Made by a program: the position numbers and the translations under genes
The notes under the pieces: model-generated
The model's database searches: none
What the model saw: only the letters and a program-made list of their open reading frames with translations
Told to the model about the DNA's origin: nothing
NCBI GenBank assembly: GCA_951406725.2
Contig: OX597832.1
Span: 70,804,001 to 70,868,000, forward strand
Length of the DNA: 64,000 nt
Direction: 5' to 3'
Origin: Octopus vulgaris
Lineage: Eukaryota
Shown here: positions 60,562 to 64,000 of the stretch, one piece after another
How the letters are laid out: every line of letters starts with the position of its first letter
Position numbering within the stretch: position 1 is the stretch's first letter

Positions 60562-60913
60562 AAGTTTATATGTATGTATCCGTCTGTATAATAGGTAACT
60601 GCACGTATATATACTTAATATTTATTATTTATTTTTTGAGTATGCATGTATGAATAACTGCACGTATATATATTTTATTATTTATTTTTTGAGTATGCAT
60701 GTAAGTATGAACATAAGGAGGCGCGTGTGTGTGTGTATGTGTAAGCATAGATATATGTATACTTTTACGCATGTGTGTACTTATGTGTATATATGGATGC
60801 GCGTGTGTGTGTGTGTGTATGGGTACGCATGTATATGTTTATGTGCGTGTATGTGTATATGTGTATGTATGTGTGTGTGTATATATGTATATGTATGTAT
60901 ATGTATGTATGTG

Positions 60914-60952
<39 letters not shown>

Positions 60953-61520
60953 ATGTATATGTGTATGTGTATGTATTTGTATGTGTATGCATGCGCGTAT
61001 ATGTATGTATATGTATACTGTGGGTGTGTGTATGTGTATATATATATGTATGTACGGGTGTATGTATGTATGTATATATGCGTATATATATATATATATA
61101 TATGTGTATATATATATATATATATGTATGTATTTGTATGTAGGTGTATATGTATGTGTGTATATATATTTATTGGTGTATATGTATAAACTAGTCTTCT
61201 AAGAGTGTAGACATGAATCTGTAGGTACGCATACGTATGTGTATATACGTGAATGTATGTAGATGTGTGTATGTATGAATATAACGCGTGCGTGCGTGTA
61301 TGTGTATGAGTGTACGAATGAGTGAGTGTGCGTGCGTGAGTGTATATATACATGTGTGTGTGTATATGTACGTGCATGTATGTGTGTATATATATATATA
61401 TATATATGTAGATGTGTGTATGTATATGTATGTGTATATATATATGTGTGTGTGTGTATGTGCATGTGTGTATGTATATGTGTGTGTGTGTGTGTGTATA
61501 TATGTATACATATGTGTATA
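59259..61520. repeat. Degenerate (TA)/(TG)/(TATG) microsatellite field of about 2.2 kb
   Basis: Directly visible; source of the long YIYI/HTHT ORFs. Confidence 0.9.
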
Positions 61521-61872
61521 GGTATAAGTGAGAATCTCCTTATTTACCTAAAACTCTATTCTTCTATATATTTTTTTATTCTTTTATTTATTCTTTTATC
61601 TAATTTACCACTGACTCCTTGACCACTCCCCTAAGTATGATATTTTTGCGCTATGCCTACCCCCCAAAAAGTCCCCCACCACCACCCCCTTTAAACCTGC
61701 CTAAATGTATAAATGCCAATACAATTCTTGTTAACTAGCTTCCTGAAGATTTCTCTTGAATGAAACAGTTCTAGTCCTGTAGAAGCTCCTTCTATATAAT
61801 AAATTAATTTTACTCTGCTATGTATTGAGTACCTTATTTACTGTGGTTAACCCCGAATCAACCCGGGACCTA
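61520..61872 (+). mobile_element. Solo PLE-like 3' tail
   Basis: Hammerhead followed by AATAAA, gagtaccttattt and (TA)n; same layout as the other PLE tails. Confidence 0.55.
61737..61787 (+). ncRNA. Type-I hammerhead ribozyme
   Basis: AGCTTC-CTGAAGA-TTTC tctt GAAT-GAAA-CAG ttctagtc CTG-TA-GAAGCT; 6-bp stem I, GUA cleavage triplet. Confidence 0.8.
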
Positions 61873-61878
61873 CATATA

Positions 61879-61933
<55 letters not shown>

Positions 61934-63386
61934 ACATATACATATATACACATATATACATGTATGTGTATGTCTGTATGCATGTGTGTATGCATAAATG
62001 CATGCATGTGATATATATATATATATATATATATATAGACGAAATTACATACGCATGTATATGTCTATGAATATATGCATTTATGCATGTATCTCTGTGC
62101 GCGCGTGCGTGCGTCTCTATATGTGTCTAAGCAAAGTGACTGTTGCTCAATCTCTTGTCAATGGAGGAAACACGATTCCTTGAGTTAATCCGCTCTTCTT
62201 ATAAACAAAGAACAACCTATATACAACTATAAATGACATATTGTGAATACGTGGCCTTAATCAAGCGCCTACAAGTGTGATCTTCGTAATTTTGATACTC
62301 TGGAGCATGAAGTCTTGAAGGATTGGCTTTTGATAGCGATTTCTTACTTGACACAAACTCATAATCATTATATTCTCTTCATTTCATTTTTTAATTATTT
62401 TCTTTAACAAATATTTAATATTACAATCGTTCCACTTTAATGAAAAGGATTTACCGAAAGAACGAGTGATTTCTGACGGTTTTCTGGTCAGAATGATTTT
62501 CTGTATTTGTTTTTTATTTCGAAGCTCTACAAAATCATCGAAAATTTCACCTACGAACTGAGACGGGTGCAATAATGAAAATGGACCTTTGAAACCATTG
62601 TTAAGAGAAAAGTCAATGGTGGTATTGGATAGAAAATCTTGCGGAATTCGTTCCGACTCACCGCACGTCGAGTTCAAAATCCCGCCGAGATCAAATTTAC
62701 CCTGTCACTCTTTGGCGGTCGGTGACAAAAATGTAACAATCCAAGGTAGCGGTGGATTAGCAGAATTGTTAGGGTGCTTGATGGAGTACTTTGCGGTATC
62801 TGATCTGATCGTATGCATTCTGAGTTCAAACTGTGTCTTGCACAAAAAAATCAAATACGGTGACATTTCTGTGAAGGAGTTACGACCAACAAAAAATTTC
62901 AGCTGTTTGACAAAAGAAAAACAATGGACCCTAGTTTAAATATTTGTAAAAATAAACACCGGCTTCTCAAAATTAAGAATAAGGATCAAGGCTCTAAAAA
63001 TATGTATTCAAATATTGTGGATAAATGTTGGAATATTAGTTAGACTTCATTAGTTGGAAAATGTCTGGGTCTATTTTTACAGATCCTCAATCAACGTCTT
63101 TATAAAATTAGTGATGTATTCTTCAAGTTGTGCCAGTTTAAGCATCTAACGCATTTCAATTCACTCTCACCTCATGTCTCCATAATGTTTATTATCATCT
63201 TCGCATTGCTGTGTCGACAATTAGAACAGTCATTTTCGCTATCATAGAAAATTAGCCAGATTTTTTATGGGTTTCCTGGGGGCAGGTCTCCATATTGAGG
63301 TTCCATACTACTTTGGTAATATCATTTACTAAGACAAGTAGAGAAGTTCATAGGAGAGGCATTCTTCTTATTCTTATTATTAATTC

Positions 63387-63473
<87 letters not shown>

Positions 63474-63681
63474 GCAGTAGTAGTAGTAGTAGCAGCAACG
63501 GCAGTAATAGCAGCTATTGTAGTTGTTATTGTGGTGATGGTAACGGGGATATATTTTGAAATAGATTTTGAAAGTTACAAATAATTTCATTTTTTCCTGA
63601 AATATATGTCAAAGATTTGTGTGCGTGCCAAGTGACATGTATGTATATAAATATGCAAATATACATGCATATATATATGTA

Positions 63682-63712
<31 letters not shown>

Positions 63713-64000
63713 CTATGTGTGTGCGCGTGCCTGTGCGTGTGTGTGTCTATGTGTGTGCGCGTGTGTGTGTGTACATATATATACATACATACGTATAGGC
63801 ATGCGATTGCTTCCTCTAACAGCCAACATATTATGACACCCGTATGCATCATTAATTTCCTAAGCGGGTTTCTCCTTTCCTAACTATCTTCCTTCAGCCG
63901 CATTCCTTCCAGGCTTCTATTGCACTCATTTTCTCCACCAACCACCTTTTTATCTTTCACTCTCCTCTTTTACTTTTTTTTCCTATCATTCTTTCCTGAC

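Overview
AT-rich, microsatellite-dense animal genomic DNA with no recognisable host exon. The SINE types and repeat content suggest an octopus/cephalopod genome (inference). Most ORFs in the track are artefacts of (TA)n, (CA)n and (TATG)n repeats. The real coding remnants all come from transposons: a Gypsy LTR remnant with an internal inversion, several Penelope-like element (PLE) fragments (RT + GIY-YIG, including a young Naiad-like copy with an inverted pseudo-LTR), CR1-like, R4/Dong-like and RTE-like LINE pieces, a mariner remnant, a piggyBac-type non-autonomous element, Helitrons and tRNA-SINEs. The most striking signal is about 12 type-I hammerhead-ribozyme-like motifs from about 8 sequence families. 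They lie in PLE 3' tails or in short ORF-less palindromes next to (TA)n tracts. Their cores show compensatory swaps at the tertiary 3-8 pair (C3-G8, U3-A8, G3-C8), recurrent non-canonical 10.1-11.1 pairs and mostly palindromic minimal stem III. All folds were read by eye and are untested.
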